64,000 nt of DNA, taken from positions 1,460 to 65,459 of the forward strand of contig JAHEFX010000001.1 of NCBI GenBank assembly GCA_024639975.1, written 5' to 3'. This stretch comes from a bacterium. GTDB lineage: Bacteria > Actinomycetota > Acidimicrobiia > Spongiisociales > JAENVV01. The position numbers and the translations under genes are program-made. Below are positions 63,820 to 64,000 of the stretch, in pieces (positions within the stretch are counted from its first letter, which is position 1; each line of letters opens with the position of its first letter). The notes below the pieces were generated by a model. The model did not search any database and was not told the DNA's origin. It worked only from the letters and a program-made list of their open reading frames with translations.

Positions 63820-64000
63820 ATGGGTTCTACCTCCCGAGTTGCATTGGCGGTGGCCGTCGCTGCCTCGGTGGCGATCGGGGCTCTGCCGATCCTGACCCCG
63901 CCGCCCCCCGACGGTCTCGACGCGGCCGAGGCGCTGGTCCTCGAGCTCGCCTCGGTGCCTCATCCGATGGGATCGGCAGAGCTCGCAGTGGTGCGGGATC
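63820..64000 (+). CDS. 5' fragment of a secreted protein gene (signal peptide), continues beyond window end
   Basis: MGSTSRVALAVAVAASVAIGALPILTPPPPDG… signal-peptide-like N-terminus. Preceded by a GGAGGAAGGG RBS-like sequence. Confidence 0.35.
   Translation, partial: MGSTSRVALAVAVAASVAIGALPILTPPPPDGLDAAEALVLELASVPHPMGSAELAVVRD

Overview
High-GC (~70%) actinobacterial chromosomal segment, most likely Actinomycetota and possibly Acidimicrobiia-like; the taxon is an inference from composition and gene content. The window is densely coding (~60 CDS), and I recognised no rRNA, tRNA, CRISPR array or intact mobile element. The provided ORF track contains many long antisense 'shadow' ORFs (R/G/P/A-rich low-complexity translations) that I ignored. 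It also omits an edge-running gene at 1..1666 and mis-extends several N-termini, so I re-called starts from internal conserved motifs.

Core content:
- Housekeeping genes: purN-purH, sucC-sucD, guaA, trpS, folD, icd, hisC, add, pcrA/uvrD.
- A SigB-like group-2 sigma factor.
- A phosphonate ABC transporter, phnDCE.
- A homogentisate-pathway tyrosine catabolic operon (hmgA-fahA-hppD) with an IclR regulator.
- An MMPL transporter flanked by TetR regulators.
- An alpha-amylase-family lipoprotein, a subtilisin and a cell-wall amidase.

The window is unusually rich in signalling genes:
- An orphan CheA-like hybrid kinase (HPt-kinase-CheW-REC) overlapping a membrane histidine kinase.
- Two class III nucleotide cyclases.
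- A SulP-STAS anion transporter fused to a cNMP-binding domain.

The most system-like and least explained locus is a tight four-gene minus-strand operon at 19811-24017: a LOG-family protein, a NUDIX/histidine-phosphatase fusion, a small helical protein, and a ~765-aa HerA/FtsK-like P-loop ATPase with a coiled-coil tail.

Other points of interest:
- A hairpin-containing 81-bp tandem repeat after the sigma factor gene, with a related copy after trpS (a REP-like element family).
- An ArsR-SdpI-like-CPBP protease immunity-type module.
- An ECF-type promoter (GGAAT-N16-cGTT) upstream of the SigB-like gene.
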